Origin: Lama guanicoe
Taxonomy: Eukaryota
Assembly: GCA_013239625.1 (NCBI GenBank)
Contig: MU053561.1
Span: 64,826-128,825 of the forward strand
Direction of reading: 5' to 3'
DNA length: 64,000 nt
Shown piece after piece: positions 25,993-38,919 of this stretch. Below the pieces are notes generated by a model. That model saw only the letters and a program-made list of their open reading frames with translations, did not search any database and was not told the DNA's origin. The position numbers and the translations under genes are program-made. Numbering within the stretch: the stretch's first letter is position 1; each line of letters starts with the position of its first letter.

Positions 25993-27731
25993 TAACTGAC
26001 CTGCTGACTTTGACCTCAGTGGATTTAATTGCAATAGCTCTTGTAGGATGAAGAGCGTATCTGAAGGTAATTTTATAAGTAAAACAAATTACTCTAACAG
26101 GCTAATTTTAATACATAAATGCAGAATCTGAACTTTGTACAAAAGGGAGTACTATATGACAAATAACAATCAAAGGGCAGTATAAACTGCATAAATAGTA
26201 AAAACTAGAGACATTAGGAAAGAGGCTACCAGAGAAGGTTCCACAGAGAACTGACATTTTAGCTCTCCCTTAAGGATGCATCAAGTTTGTACAGGCTTGT
26301 GGGAGAATACAAGGCAATGCAGAAGGTACAGAGAGCCAGCTGGACTAAAACAAAGGGCACGCACTGTCCTGTAACAGGGGCACAGGGAGGATAGAAAGGG
26401 AAGAACCATTTTAGGAAGATCCTGCAAGTCAGGGTGAGAAGCCTGAGTATGTTCCTTTAGGCAAACCCTGGCTCTCAGCCCAGAGAAAAGGTGAGGAGAA
26501 AGGCAGTGAGGGAGGGCCAGGAACGGTTACTGGGAAGATTGTTCATTTGCTTATTGCTTATGTTTTGTTTTTCTTGTTTGTGTTTTGTAGCTTTAATAAA
26601 CAAAAACGCACATACCTGGGCTGCACACTAGACCTGCTAAATCAGGGCCTCTCAGGGCTTGGGATGAGCTCAGCACTGCTCAGGAAATAAACACTGCAGG
26701 TTCTTAAGCAAGGGGCCATGCTTCTATCTTTGTTCTTCCTTTCCTAACAGCACATCAAAATCTCTACTCTTCTCTTTAAACATTTTTTCCAAACATTAAT
26801 GGCTACCCCCTGCTCTTTCCTTAATTTCTTCTTCCCGCTGCTTCTTAATGTATTAGTCCAGACTGGAAAGAAGACCTCAGTAAGAACTCAATCAATGCCA
26901 GCAATAGCAGGAGGATTACAGCCCAGCTGTTGTGTGTCACGCCCCATTAACATAACCAACTGTCAAGTCAGCCTTTAAAAAAGACTGCTTCACATTCGCT
27001 TAATCATATTCAGACCTCCCAGATAGTTCGTATAATGGAAATGCTTGAAAACATACTAATCTCTTACCAATCCCTCTTCTAAAAATAAAGTTCCCTGCCA
27101 CTAAAAATGATTAATCATCTTAATTGACACTTTTTTCCAAATATAATAAAACTTCTGCAACTTAAATTCCACTTTGATACCTGTGATAATTCATATTTTT
27201 ACATTTTTGTGAAAATAAAAATATTCTTAAATAATATAGTAAGCAGAGGAAAAGGAGAAGAGTGTTTTAAGTAACCCTTGACAATTAACTATCCACTTAT
27301 AAATCGGCAGTCAGTATTATCACTATTATACATATTTACCTAGGTGGAGTAGCACATATTTGTGCAAAAAGCAATAGCTTTTGGACCAGGGAGATTTCAG
27401 ATCAAATCTCAGCTCTGCTATTTTCGAATTGCGTGACTTTAGGAAAAATACTTAATAGTAATTAACTACAGGAAAGGAGTCAGGAGATTGGGATCCAGGT
27501 AGACTATTAAGAGTATTACAATTGTATCTCCAGTAGGAACTACTGTTTTTCAATTTGAGGCAAATAGAGTGAAAATAATATGTGTTAAAATTTATATATT
27601 GGATATATGGACAAATGTTTTATTGTTCTTTGTATATTCTTGTTGTCTATGAAATAGTTTATTATTTTAAATGGAATAAAACTAGGAATTACAGGAAAGC
27701 AACTATTAAATAGATATAAGAATAAATTCTT

Positions 27732-27829
27732 GGGGGTAGAGTGTATAGCTCAGTGGTGGAGTGGGTGCTTGGCGTGCATGAGGTCCTGGGTTCAATCCCC
27801 AGTACCTCTATTGAGGGGGAAAAAAAAAC
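27732..27829 (+). mobile_element. tRNA-Ala-derived SINE (short form)
   Basis: tRNA head plus poly(A); TSD gaata(a/g)attctt. Confidence 0.85.
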
Positions 27830-29047
27830 GAATAGATTCTTTAGTAGAATCAGATGTAATGAATTTATTACCACACTCCATCCATACATCATACATCAAA
27901 TATTTATTTAGCACTTATATTATGAGAGATAGGAAATTTTGACTGAAACTAAAGACTATTTGTCAGGGATATTATTTAAAATCTTCAGACATCAGCTAGG
28001 AGTTCTAGAGAATTTTCAGGGTCCATAGCCATCCTCAGAGTCTATGTTTGAAATATATTTTCTCACAGAAACAATATTACCAAAGGCAGTACCAATGGGA
28101 GCTCTATCACTTTTTGAGGACTCTCAGAGCACCACACCAGCTCTCTTACAGTAGACGCCTAAAAGGTAGTGGGAGAGCTCTGGTTGCCTCGTGCAGGAAG
28201 AGGAAGTGGAGATTAGTGAGCATAAGGAACATGGTACTTCCAAGACAAATCAGCAACAATGACCGGGACCTAAGAATGATCTTCTGCACACTTTGCTGTC
28301 ATATTTTCAAAACAGCCCTTTGGGAAAGGCACACCCACGGCTGGAGAACACTTCCTGTCCTTTGGCACCCAGTGGAATCCAACAGGAACTCAACTTGGTT
28401 TGGATAGGAGGATAGGGGTAGACAGGAAGGGATGGGGCAGGGAGAAGGAGGAGGATCATTTGTTTCACGTATAAATATTTTACTGATAATACACCTATAT
28501 GTCTGGGAGTCCCTATGCTTTTCTGATTAAAATCTAAGTTGAATACAAAAGTTTGATTACTGGCTGTTTTGAATTACTTAGACTTGTATTACAAAATTAA
28601 ATAGAATAATGACACTATCTTCACAGCAACAATCACTTGCACAGTAGTTGACAATGTATAAAGCACTTCTATATATGTATTATTTCATTTTATCTTCATT
28701 ATGACACTGTGAAGTAAGCAGATTAGAAATCATTATCCCCATTTTACTCTCCAGGAAAGCGAGACATCAAGAGGTTAGCTGACTTGCTCATCTAGAAAGT
28801 GGAGCACAGACTACAGGTTCCAACAGTCTGACCTCTATTTCATACTCATCAGGATTTTAATCATGACACTAAATGACCCCTGTGAATCTAGGATTCCCTT
28901 GTGAATAATAAGGTATTTCTGCTGCCACCTCAGGTCCCTGCATCTTTTCAAAAGTATTCTTCCTTGTGACCTTAGAGGATCTGACCACTTGAACCTACAT
29001 AAAACATGGTTTTCTCCATTGTCAAGATGAATAAACCAAAGCTAGTC

Positions 29048-29635
29048 CTCAAAAGATTAAACATAAGGTTATTATGTGACCATATATGAGCCAGCAACTC
29101 CACTCCTGGGTATACACCCAAGAGAAATGAAACATATGTCCACACACAGTCTTGTATCTGAATGTTCACAGAAGCATCATTCACAAGAGTCAAAAAGGAG
29201 AAACATCCCAAATATCCAAAAACAGAAGAATAAATATAAAAAGTTTAGTATATCTGTACAATAGAGTATTACTCAGCTATAAAAAGGATAAAGTACTACA
29301 ACATGGATGAACCTTGGAAACATTATACTAACGTGAAACAAGGCAGGCATAGAAAGTCATATATTGTATGATTCTATTTATATACAATTTTCAGACTAGG
29401 CAAATCCACAGAGAAAGCAGATGGGTGATTTCCATGGCCTGGGGGAAAAAGGAATGGTAAGTGACTACTAATGGGTATGATGGTTTTCTGGGTGTAATGA
29501 AAATGTCCTGGAACTAGAGTGGTAATTGTTGAACGAGTCACTGGAAATACTAAAACCATGGAATTGTATACTTTAAAAGGGTGAATTTCACGGTATGTGT
29601 AAATTACATTTTAATAAAGCTGTTACTTTAAAAAG
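29048..29635 (+). mobile_element. L1M 3' fragment
   Basis: ccagcaactccactcctgggtatacacccaagagaaatga...gaaccttggaaacattatac...aataaagctgtt. Confidence 0.8.
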
Positions 29636-31202
29636 AAAAAAACCAAAGCTGTGAAATCAAGTCCAGTACTTTGCTTTTACAAAGGATTTTTTATAATAAA
29701 GTTTCAGTTCAAATTCAATTCAATTCAATTCAGTTAAAAGTAAATGGTTTAGAACTACTTCTAAATGTGTATTAATCCTACTCAGATTATGGGGCCCTAA
29801 CATAAAAGGTTAGGTGAACTATCCTCTAAGTGGCTCTCAATGTTGAATACTTACGGATTACTGTGTTCTAGCAAAAGTGAGAATTTTGTTACAATCTTTA
29901 GATGAAACAGAAAGAAAATAAACGATCCACTCTATGTTTTGTCACAGGAAAAGCATGCTCATTCAGCTGTCCTGAAGAATAGTTATAACTTCTGCAGAAC
30001 ATTCTAACAAGGAAAATGTCAAAGTCAACCAATGTGGTCTTCCACTCATCAACCCTTTCACTGCCACACAGGGTTTCTGTCCAGTGTTCCGGAAGTCAGC
30101 TGTTGATGTCTGCCTCAGAAAGTAGACTGAGAATTCTACAAACATCTGGCCTTTTTTCTTTTGGGTTGCACAACAAACAAACCTTTCTTTTGAAACTGTT
30201 TCTGAAGATTCAACATAATGTGGGGAGTTTCAGAATCTTTTAAATGATAAAATATTTAATAATATCATTCCATTTTCTCCCTTAAATGCAGAAGCACACT
30301 GATACCCATCCTCTGAACAGCCTTTTCTTGAAATCACTGGCCTGATGACAAGACAGCTAACAACAGCACTATTACATCAGGTAGATAAATAAACCGTATG
30401 TTGGGCAGCGTCATCGCGCAGATAAAGGATAGGGGTTCCGACGAAGTTCCTGCAGCCTCCCCCACCAAGATACACACCCACACCACCCCCGAGGCTGGAA
30501 AAACAGGGTGTCGTCATCATCACATTACAGCACAACGAACTATGTAAAACCAAACCAAAACAAATAACAACTTCCCCGGCCACCAAAAATAACCGGCCCA
30601 GCCAGAAATAGCGCCGTCAGAGGCAGTTCAATGAGCTCCATGGCTGAAATAACAACTGAGACACACTGATGCTGGGAGCTCCCAAGGACTCCTAGGCTTG
30701 AAGATTCTCCTTCGGTCTGGGCCGACCAACACCAGCAGGGCTTGATGGTGTTTGTTCACAGCTGGTTCGATCCAGGAAGATTCTGTGCTGAGCTTCCAGG
30801 ACTCAGGAGGGGACATGTCGCTATATGGCCTTACTCATTTTGCTAGATTTTCAATTCTTTTTCCCAGAGAAAGATGGAGATTTCAAAGGCACAATCAGGA
30901 CTTTCTCTAGGCATAAGAGCTGAGTACACAGTGATACCACGAACAAGCATGACGGCAACAATAAGGCTTTGGCCATCAGTGGTGGCTGGACAGGGAGATA
31001 CAACCAACTTGAACCCCAACAAAGCTCTAGTGCTCCAGTCTTGACAAAGAGCCTCTCATTTCTGAGCTCACTCTCTGCTGCCTCTAGAACTTTTCATGGG
31101 TAGCAGTGTCAGCCTGGAAAGTCATCCCTCTTCACCTCCCATTCAGCTCCAACCTAACTATCTCCAACTAGCCCTTAAGGACTTGGTTTAGATATTACCT
31201 AC

Positions 31203-31316
31203 TATTTATTTTTATTTACTTATTTTTATTGTTCCGCTGAATGGAGGCTCTGGGGATTGAACCCAGGACCTTGTGCATGACAAGCACACACTCTGCCACT
31301 GAGCTATATCTACCCC
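31203..31316 (-). mobile_element. tRNA-Ala-derived SINE with two nested direct-repeat pairs
   Basis: tRNA head on the minus strand; see finding at 31189-31367. Confidence 0.85.
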
Positions 31317-33924
31317 AGAAACATCTATTTATTTTTATTTACTTATATTTTTGTAGATATTACCTACCAAAGGAAGCCTATCTGAAGTCTGGGTCAAAGG
31401 ACACTCCTGAGTGTGCCCCAGCATTATGTATCTATTATTATTACCAAGATTATCTGTTTGACTGTTTAGTCAATTAGATTAGAGTTCCTTAAGAATAGGA
31501 AGGATCTCCTTAATTTTATTTCCAGAAATGAAAATCACTTTACTGCTTTTTGGGGTTTGTTGCTGTTCTTTTACTGATTATAAAGAGAACTTCATGTGCC
31601 TGCTCCAGTCATTCCCTTTCTCAGTGGATGGCATCAATCACTAGTTGCCCAAGTAAGAAAGCTTGGTGTCATTCATTCAACCAAAACACAATAAGAAAGA
31701 AAAAGGTATGCCTACTATGTACTAGGCTCTATGCCAATCACTGTATCTAGTAGTGAATGAGACAAACCCTGCCTCTGCTACCGTGGAGCTCAGATTCCAA
31801 CAGAAAAGACAGATTTTGAATAAATAGTATTCACTTATTAAAAGGAAAGCGTAGGGTACTCTAGACGTTTACAACAGGTGACAACCTAGCCTGGGATGGA
31901 ACCAGAGGGATGAACTGGTGGTAGGTCATACTCGGTTTCTTCTCTCTCACTGGTCATACATCCAGTCGGTTGCTTAGTCTTCTCACTTCTGTTTCTGAAC
32001 TCTCTTCTTCTTTCATCTGTCCATTCATCTCACTCCTCTACTGCGAAGACCACCAACCTTTGCCCCGAATACTGCAACAGCCTCCTAGCCTCCCTGTCCA
32101 CCTTGGACTTGGCTCCTCCAATCCAAGTACTCAGATTTGTTAAAAAAATTTTTTTCTGTAATTTAAATTTCTTTGTCCCTAATCAGAGCATATGCTCTCC
32201 GAGGATGGTAATTCGTATACATCTCTGCGTGCTCCACAGCACTCAGAATCATTCCTTTTTACTCATAGTTCTTAAGAAAACAAGTGTTTGATTTGATGCC
32301 TATCTTTAGCAACGTTGCTTAGGAATGAAAACTGGGCTGAAGCTCTGCAGAATGACTATGTAGAAGAATCCCTCTGAAAAGTCACGTTTAACAAGAAGAA
32401 AATCCTGTGTTTGTGATTGTTGAATGTTTAGGACTTCCTCCCTTCCCTTCTCATCTAATAACTTTTTGAAAGTCTCAAGACACTAGTAAAGTCAGAACCA
32501 GTATGCTTGGGGCCCTGTGGTTTGAGAAGCAAAATGCCATTTAAAAAAAAAAAAAGAAAGTGTGCTTCACCAGTAGCATTCATTTTCCAAGGCTGCAATT
32601 ACAGAGACACACTCAAGAAGCACTGAACTTACTGGACCGAAAGGCAGCACTGGCATGACCCAGATTCACTTAAACAGGAACCCCAGGCCATGGTAACTTA
32701 GATTGCCATAGAGGTAGAAAAGTCCCTTTTAAGACTTATCCTCTGCAGAAACTTTAAGACCCAAGTGGAGAAATTTGCAAAGATGGGTGGGGCCTCAACG
32801 GGCTGACTCACTGTGGTTGGATTCAGACTGCCAGGAAAAGCTAGTTTCAGACTATAATTAGGCAAACGTTGTAGCTGGTTTCATTGGTATTTTCCTGTTA
32901 CGACAACATTGTTAGAAAATGTGTAAACAGGGGAGGGCAGTGGAGGCCTTCTCTAGACCTTAAGCCACAGACCTCCACCCCTCCATGGCTTTTCTGTAGC
33001 GTTTGCTATTTTGATTCTCGGCCTAAAACCAACTGCACACATTTCACAAATGCAACCTCTCCTTCTCTGCATGGTCCTCGCATTTCCCCAAGAACCTTGG
33101 CTCTTGGAATTGCCTTGGCTCTGCCACTTTATACCTGCATAGCTTACATCAGGTTCTTTGAGTCTTGGTCACTTCACTCATATAATGAATGTAATAATAA
33201 TTTCTGTCTCAGAAGTTATAAAGATGAACTGAAAGATAGCTGAAGTAAAATATGCTAAGTGTGTAAAAAGTACCTAGTGTATAATAAAAACTCATTATTG
33301 TTATTAGTTATTATTATGATCTTAATAAGTCCTGTCAAATATTTCAAAAGATCTCTGCTTTATTCCCCTTATTTTATATTTATAATTTTATCATCACAGT
33401 TTAGGTGGGAAATTATCTCCCTTTAAACTCAAATTTAAATTATTGAAAATAAATGTACTTTTCTTGACTTTTCAGTTTCCTATTCTAACCAATAAATTAA
33501 TACACCAGTACCCTCCTTAGAATCATTTTACTTACTGTGAATACATTCAGTGAATACTGAGTAGAGGCCAAGTAAAATACAAATCCAGTGTAATATTCAA
33601 TCTTTGGTACTTTTCATCATGTTCAGTTTAGTTGGTGAACATCCACTGAGCACTAACTATGTACCGGCATTATGCTAGGTTCTAGAGACGAGAAAAGGAT
33701 AAACAAGAGGTTTTCTGCCCTCGGATTGCTTAAATTCTGGTTTATATTTTGAAATTGGAGAGTAAGAAGAGGCATTCTAAAAAGAAAAAAACCCCAACCA
33801 AACAAAAGGCACTTGAACTGAAATCTGAAGGATGAGTAGTCTGTAAGGTGAAGAACAGGAGAGAAAAGGATTTCTAGGCAGAGGGAACAGCTGGAACAAA
33901 GACTTAAAGAGTACAAATTATTTT

Positions 33925-34110
33925 GGGTGGAGGGTATAGCTCAAGTGGTAGAGCACGTGCTTAGCATGCATAAGGTCCTGGGTTCAATCCCAGGTACTGC
34001 TTGCAAAAATAAAATCTAATTACCTCCCCCTCCAATAAAACCTAAAAATATATAAAGTCACCTACAAATGTAAAAAAAAAAAAGATAATTCAGTCAAAAT
34101 AACTTTTAAA
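33925..34110 (+). mobile_element. tRNA-Ala-derived SINE (long-tail form)
   Basis: tRNA head, ctaattacctcccc motif shared with other copies, A-rich tail; imperfect TSD aaag(a/g)gtacaaa. Confidence 0.85.
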
Positions 34111-34997
34111 AAAGGGTACAAAACATCTCTGAATTGCAAGCAGTTGAGAATTAATAGAATAGAAAGCATGTGATGGAGAATACTAGGAGACAGAAGTGAA
34201 TTTACAGTTTACCTAGGGAAGACAGAATTGCCCATCTAAATAGGAGAAGCTCATGATTCCAGCCCGTATGAGTCAGCACTTTCATTATCACCAATCTAGG
34301 TCACACAAAGGATGAGTATTTTCAGGCTCATATTATGAAACATTGGGGAAATTCCTTTGTTACTCTTCGTGCCTTTATTTCCTCATTTGGGGTACTCACC
34401 ATGCTTTCTTCACAGCGTTACCATGAGCGTTAGGTAAGATAATACTACACATACTTAGAACACTACTCGACACACAGAAAGTCATCAGCATGTGCTAGTT
34501 AGTATTATCCATGTGCTGCTCTAGTCTCACTCATCCCAGAGGTGCTGAAGGTGGAGTAGATGCTGTGGTCAGTGAGAAATCATTTAGGAACGCATTTTTC
34601 TCAACACAAGACTATGGCCATTTGTATGTAAAAATCTTTCTGACCCAATAACCTGTCAGGATTTGTAGCCATGGATTTGCTTTCACTTGTTAATTGACCA
34701 ATAAATATATTTTCCATAATGTGCCAATGTTTACATTTTCAGTCTATTATCGCTTACTCTGGAATCAAGGCTCTTTTTCCTAGCATTTCCTATATCAGCA
34801 AACACTTCAGAAGCAATCGCGTTACTGCTCAATTATTTTTTACTGATTAAGTACCTTTATATTACTTCTTTCCTTGTTCTAAGTCTCCTTCCTTACCCAC
34901 CTTGACTAAGTCTGTTCAGGCTACTTTAAGAAAATACCACAGACTGGGTAACTTATTAACAACTCAAGTTTATTTCTCACAGTTCTGGAGGCTGGAA

Positions 34998-35682
34998 TGC
35001 AGGCTTTGTCCACCGCCGAAGAATGAATTAGTGCAGACTTAAGTCAAGAGAGTGAGAGGGAGTCAGAGACCAACTCCAACTCCCCTCGAGCCCCTCCGAA
35101 ACTCTTGTATTTATTGAGAATAGTCAAACAAAGGATTAAGGTAAAACACGTGCATGGTGTACATGCAGGTATGCAGGTCAGCAGTTTTGTGAAAAACAGA
35201 AACATTAGTGTTGTTGTTGTTTTTTGGTTTTTTTTTTTTTGCAAGGGAGGCAGGTTTGTCATTTACTTATCTTTAATTTTTTTATCCTAATGGAGGTACT
35301 GGGGATTGAACCTGGGAACTTGTGCATGCTAAACGCGCACTCTGCCACTGAGCTATATCCTCTCCCCAACACTAGTCTAAATCTGTATGTTTAGGGAGAA
35401 GTTTACAAAGTTTAGGGAGTATACAACCCGTAATGGAAACCAGGCAGGCACAAAGACCCCATAAAGATCAAGATCTAACTAGATAAGCGAAGAATGCCCT
35501 GCTGCTTTCAGCAAGGGCAAGGGGTAATGATTTTCCAAGAAGCAGAAGCAGCCAGCCCTATAGCTAACAACCTACACCTAAAATAAGCTAGGTGTGTCTT
35601 GCCATTTTCAGCAAGACAGTGAGCAGCAGTTTTCTGCACTGCAGCCCTACAACTTATTAACCCATGAGTGTGCTCCCACATA
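34998..35682 (-). mobile_element. Solo ERV LTR (probably class II/ERVK-like)
   Basis: Interrupts an MLT1A-type LTR. The minus strand reads (TA)TGTGGGAG...GCCTGCA, with AATAAA at 35115-35110 and a 6-bp TSD ctggaa/ctgaaa. Confidence 0.7.
35210..35367 (-). mobile_element. tRNA-Ala-derived SINE inserted in a solo LTR
   Basis: tRNA head on the minus strand; TSD aaca(t/c)tagt at 35201-35209 and 35368-35376. Confidence 0.85.
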
Positions 35683-36312
35683 CTGAAAGTCCAAGATTGT
35701 GGTGCCAGTCTGGTCAGGTGACGGCTCTCTTCTGGGTTAAAGATTTCCCCTTGTATTCTGCGTGGTGGAAGGGGCTAGGGATCCCTCTGGAGCCTCATTT
35801 ATAAGGGGCTAATCTCATCCATGAGGGCTCCACCCTCAAGGCTTCAGCATCTCCCACAGGTTCCACCTCCTAATCATCACCTTTGAGTGTTAAGATCTCA
35901 ACCTGTGGATCTTGAGGGAACACAAACATTCAGACCACATCATCCATCTAGCGTAGTCTCTCACTGGCTCTATTCATGGACATATCCTTCTTCCTTTCAC
36001 CCAAATTTCCCCTCTGTCTGGAATATTATAATCTCCTTTTCTGACTAGTAAAATCTAACTCAGTTTTGGAGACCTCACTCAATGTGCAGTCCCCATGAGA
36101 GATGTCCTCTGGTAGGAGGCCCTTCTCTGTCCTTCAATTAAACATTCTCTCAAGATCTCAGAATACACTGTCCTGATCTTTATGATAAGGACATCTTATT
36201 ATACTGTAAGTAATTCAATGTCTGTATCTCCCATTAGGCTATAACTAAGGGCAGAAACAGCATCTTACTTAAACTGATCGAGTGTTTGTTGCAGGGATAG
36301 GTGAAATAAGGA

Positions 36313-36632
36313 TGGTACCTTGGTCTGAATGTGTCCCCCTCTCAATTCATATACTGAAATCCTAATCCCCAAAAATGGTGGTACTGTATTAGGAGGTGGG
36401 CCTTTGGGATTAGTGTCTTATAAAAGAAGCTCCAGAGAGCTCCCTAACCCCTTCTGCCATGTGAGGACACAGCGAGAAGGAACAGCTATGAACCAGTAAG
36501 AAGCCCCTCACCAGAAGGTAACCCTGCTGGTACCCTGATCCTGGGCTTCCAGCCTCCAGAACTGTGAGAAAGAAATTTCTGTTGTTTATAAGCTACCCAG
36601 GCTGTATTACAGCAGCCTGAAAGCACTAAGAC
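36313..36632 (+). mobile_element. MaLR LTR (MLT1A-type)
   Basis: gccatgtgaggacacagcgagaagg...ttccagcctccagaactgtgagaaa...actaagaca. Confidence 0.8.
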
Positions 36633-36997
36633 AGATGGAGTCCTAGCTGCTCCGCCCAGGCCTGTATCTCTTTGTCACTTGCTTTAAGCCCTGGAGGAGT
36701 TGACCCTTCTTTGGCATAAAACCTTTAATATGTCTCTTTTCTCTTTCCAAGCACAGCTCCCAGCCTTTATCCCATGGCTACTGAATCATGATTTCAGCTT
36801 AGAGAAAATATCATGTTATTTAGAGTTTTACCATTTTTTTAGGGTGGGACACTGGAATATGTTCACTTCTCTCCTATATTTTTTTCTGTTTCCATTAATT
36901 TTCAAATTCTTTCATGGATTCTTCATGCAGTAGGTGCTATCACTCAAAGTCTACAGAGTGGAGGGATGGATGAATGGATATAAAGATGAACAGACAT

Positions 36998-37083
36998 CGA
37001 GAGACAGTGTAGCTCAGTGGTACAGTGTGTGCGTAGCATGCATGAGGTCCTGGGTTCAATCCCCAGTACTCCATTAAAAAAAC
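36998..37083 (+). mobile_element. tRNA-Ala-derived SINE (short form)
   Basis: tRNA head plus short poly(A); perfect 14-bp TSD agatgaacagacat (36984-36997 and 37084-37097). Confidence 0.88.
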
Positions 37084-37292
37084 AGATGAACAGACATGTG
37101 AGCATGACACAGCTTGGTTTACTGGCAATGACCATTCTGACCAAGAAGTGTGCTGTAACCTCACTATTGTTCATTTATTAATTGACACATAGGGGAGAGA
37201 CATTTAAAATATCTCCTATTGGCCTCTTCTTGGCATCCTGGCTTGGTTTCTGGTTCTCGGAATTGAGCAATAAGGATATGAGACCTAAAAAC

Positions 37293-37336
<44 letters not shown>
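37293..37336. repeat. (TAA)n microsatellite
   Basis: Read directly from the sequence. Confidence 0.95.
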
Positions 37337-38773
37337 GTAATACCTAATAAAACTAATAACTAGTAACTAATCAGCAATACTAGACCTGAATGCCAAGAGA
37401 AAAAGACTCATGACGCCACACCTGACCCCTGCGCATCACCCAACTCAGCGCATTATTTTCCATCTCCCATAGCATCCAGCCACTCATCCTACCAGTGGAG
37501 GTGACACTCTTCTGTTCTAGGATCCATTCACCTCTCAGCCAGAAGGAACACGCAGGCAGACTGATTTTCAGGGAGCACCTCCATCCCAGCTTTGAAAGTA
37601 CCGCAGCTCTGCTCACCCTTTCCACATTGCAGCAGATGCAAAAGGTAAAAAAGGGGGGGGGTTGGGGTAGCTCCAGCCCTACTCCCACCATCAGCACCGC
37701 AGCTGTTCAGAGGTTTAATCTTCAAAAGCCACTTAATATTCCTGCAAACTCCCTCTGTCTTTTTTTTTTCTTAAAGCAGTATCCATGATGACTCTGAGCG
37801 AAAAAACTGAGTAGGCTGTTTAAATTCTCAGGCACTCATTATACGGAGCATAACCTTTGTCCACAGGAATGCCTGGTAGGATGTACATCAGGTCCTAGGG
37901 AAACATTTCTATTTACAAACTGAGGGAAGACAGGGTAAACTCATGCCAACACTGCTTTGCTCACTTTTTTCTGAAAGTGGAATTTTTATTATTTTATATC
38001 ATAAGCTATCAGTTCAAGAATGAAAGAAACCCACACACCACAGGGCAGTTTTACACAGTATTCAGTGTGTACTAATTCCTGGGCAACCCCCAGAGGGCAC
38101 CAAAGAGCTGTTTCTTTTTTTAGCACACAAGGGTGGAATAAATCCCATGTGCTCTCTCTCCAGGCCAGACAAATTCCAAGAGATAGGTTCTATTATGCAG
38201 ACTTTCTTGGATCAATCCAGGGCACAGAGAGCTGGGGGTGTGTATTAGATTATCAGTAATTTGGCTTTTGCCAAATCTAAAGATAAAGATACAGAGATGT
38301 GGAACACTTCAAGAGTTAAATCAGGAGTTCGAAGCAACAGTGCCCAATTCATGTTGAGAAGCAAATGGTTGTGGCTGAGCTATCCCATGCTGCAGACAGT
38401 ACCCAATTATCTAGAGTGGCCCACGCCAGCAGCAGAGGATAGAATGCCAGCTGACTGACTCGGTCTCCTGGGTTCACTATGGTCCAGCCAGATACTCAGA
38501 ATGCCATTTAAACTTCCTGAATTTATCTGAGAAGTAAACCAGCAGTAAAAACAGTGAGACAGAATCAGTGGCACAGGCAATGGCCCATGGACCACAGCAC
38601 TCAGCACACAGCTAACAGTGCACAAGCTTATTGGGACAAATGCTCTTGAAAGAGACACTGTAATGGTGAGAATGCCCATAAACCAGACCAAGCCATGGGT
38701 CATATTTTTATAAGACATCATTATCTCTTGGGACTGCTTCTAACTGAGATAATTGTCTACCCATGTGACTTAC

Positions 38774-38919
38774 CTTCTCAAAGTCCCGAAGAGCCTGGGT
38801 CTGCACCTGAAGGGGTCTTTCAAATGCTCTCAAGGAATGTCCAAAAGGGACCTTCTCACCGCTTCTCCAGGTCTGTGACTGCGCTGGAGGGCCTCGATCT
38901 TTAGTGTCACTAAGAAAAG
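38774..38919 (-). CDS. PDE4DIP: PDE4DIP coding exon, 146 nt (A)FLSDTKDRGPPAQSQTWRSGEKVPFGHSLRAFERPLQVQTQALRDFEK
   Basis: Acceptor ttctgcttcactggcag| and donor AAG|gtaagt; lies within ORF 38708..38986. The phase-0 end joins HLNDLKK at 21337 to rebuild LRDFEKHLNDLKKENFSLKLRIYFLEE. Confidence 0.9.

Larger units (their letters stand above)
34905..35942 (-). mobile_element. MaLR LTR (MLT1A/MST-type), split by the solo LTR
   Basis: Diagnostic tttatttctcacagttctggaggctggaa...gtccaagat...cacaaacattcagacca. Confidence 0.8.

Noticed and set aside
30540..30641. 33-aa hydrophobic minus-strand ORF with gccATGg (MELIELPLTALFLAGPVIFGG...)
   Set aside because: The hydrophobicity follows from the T-rich strand and MEF2-like motifs. 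No evidence of a transcript or conservation.
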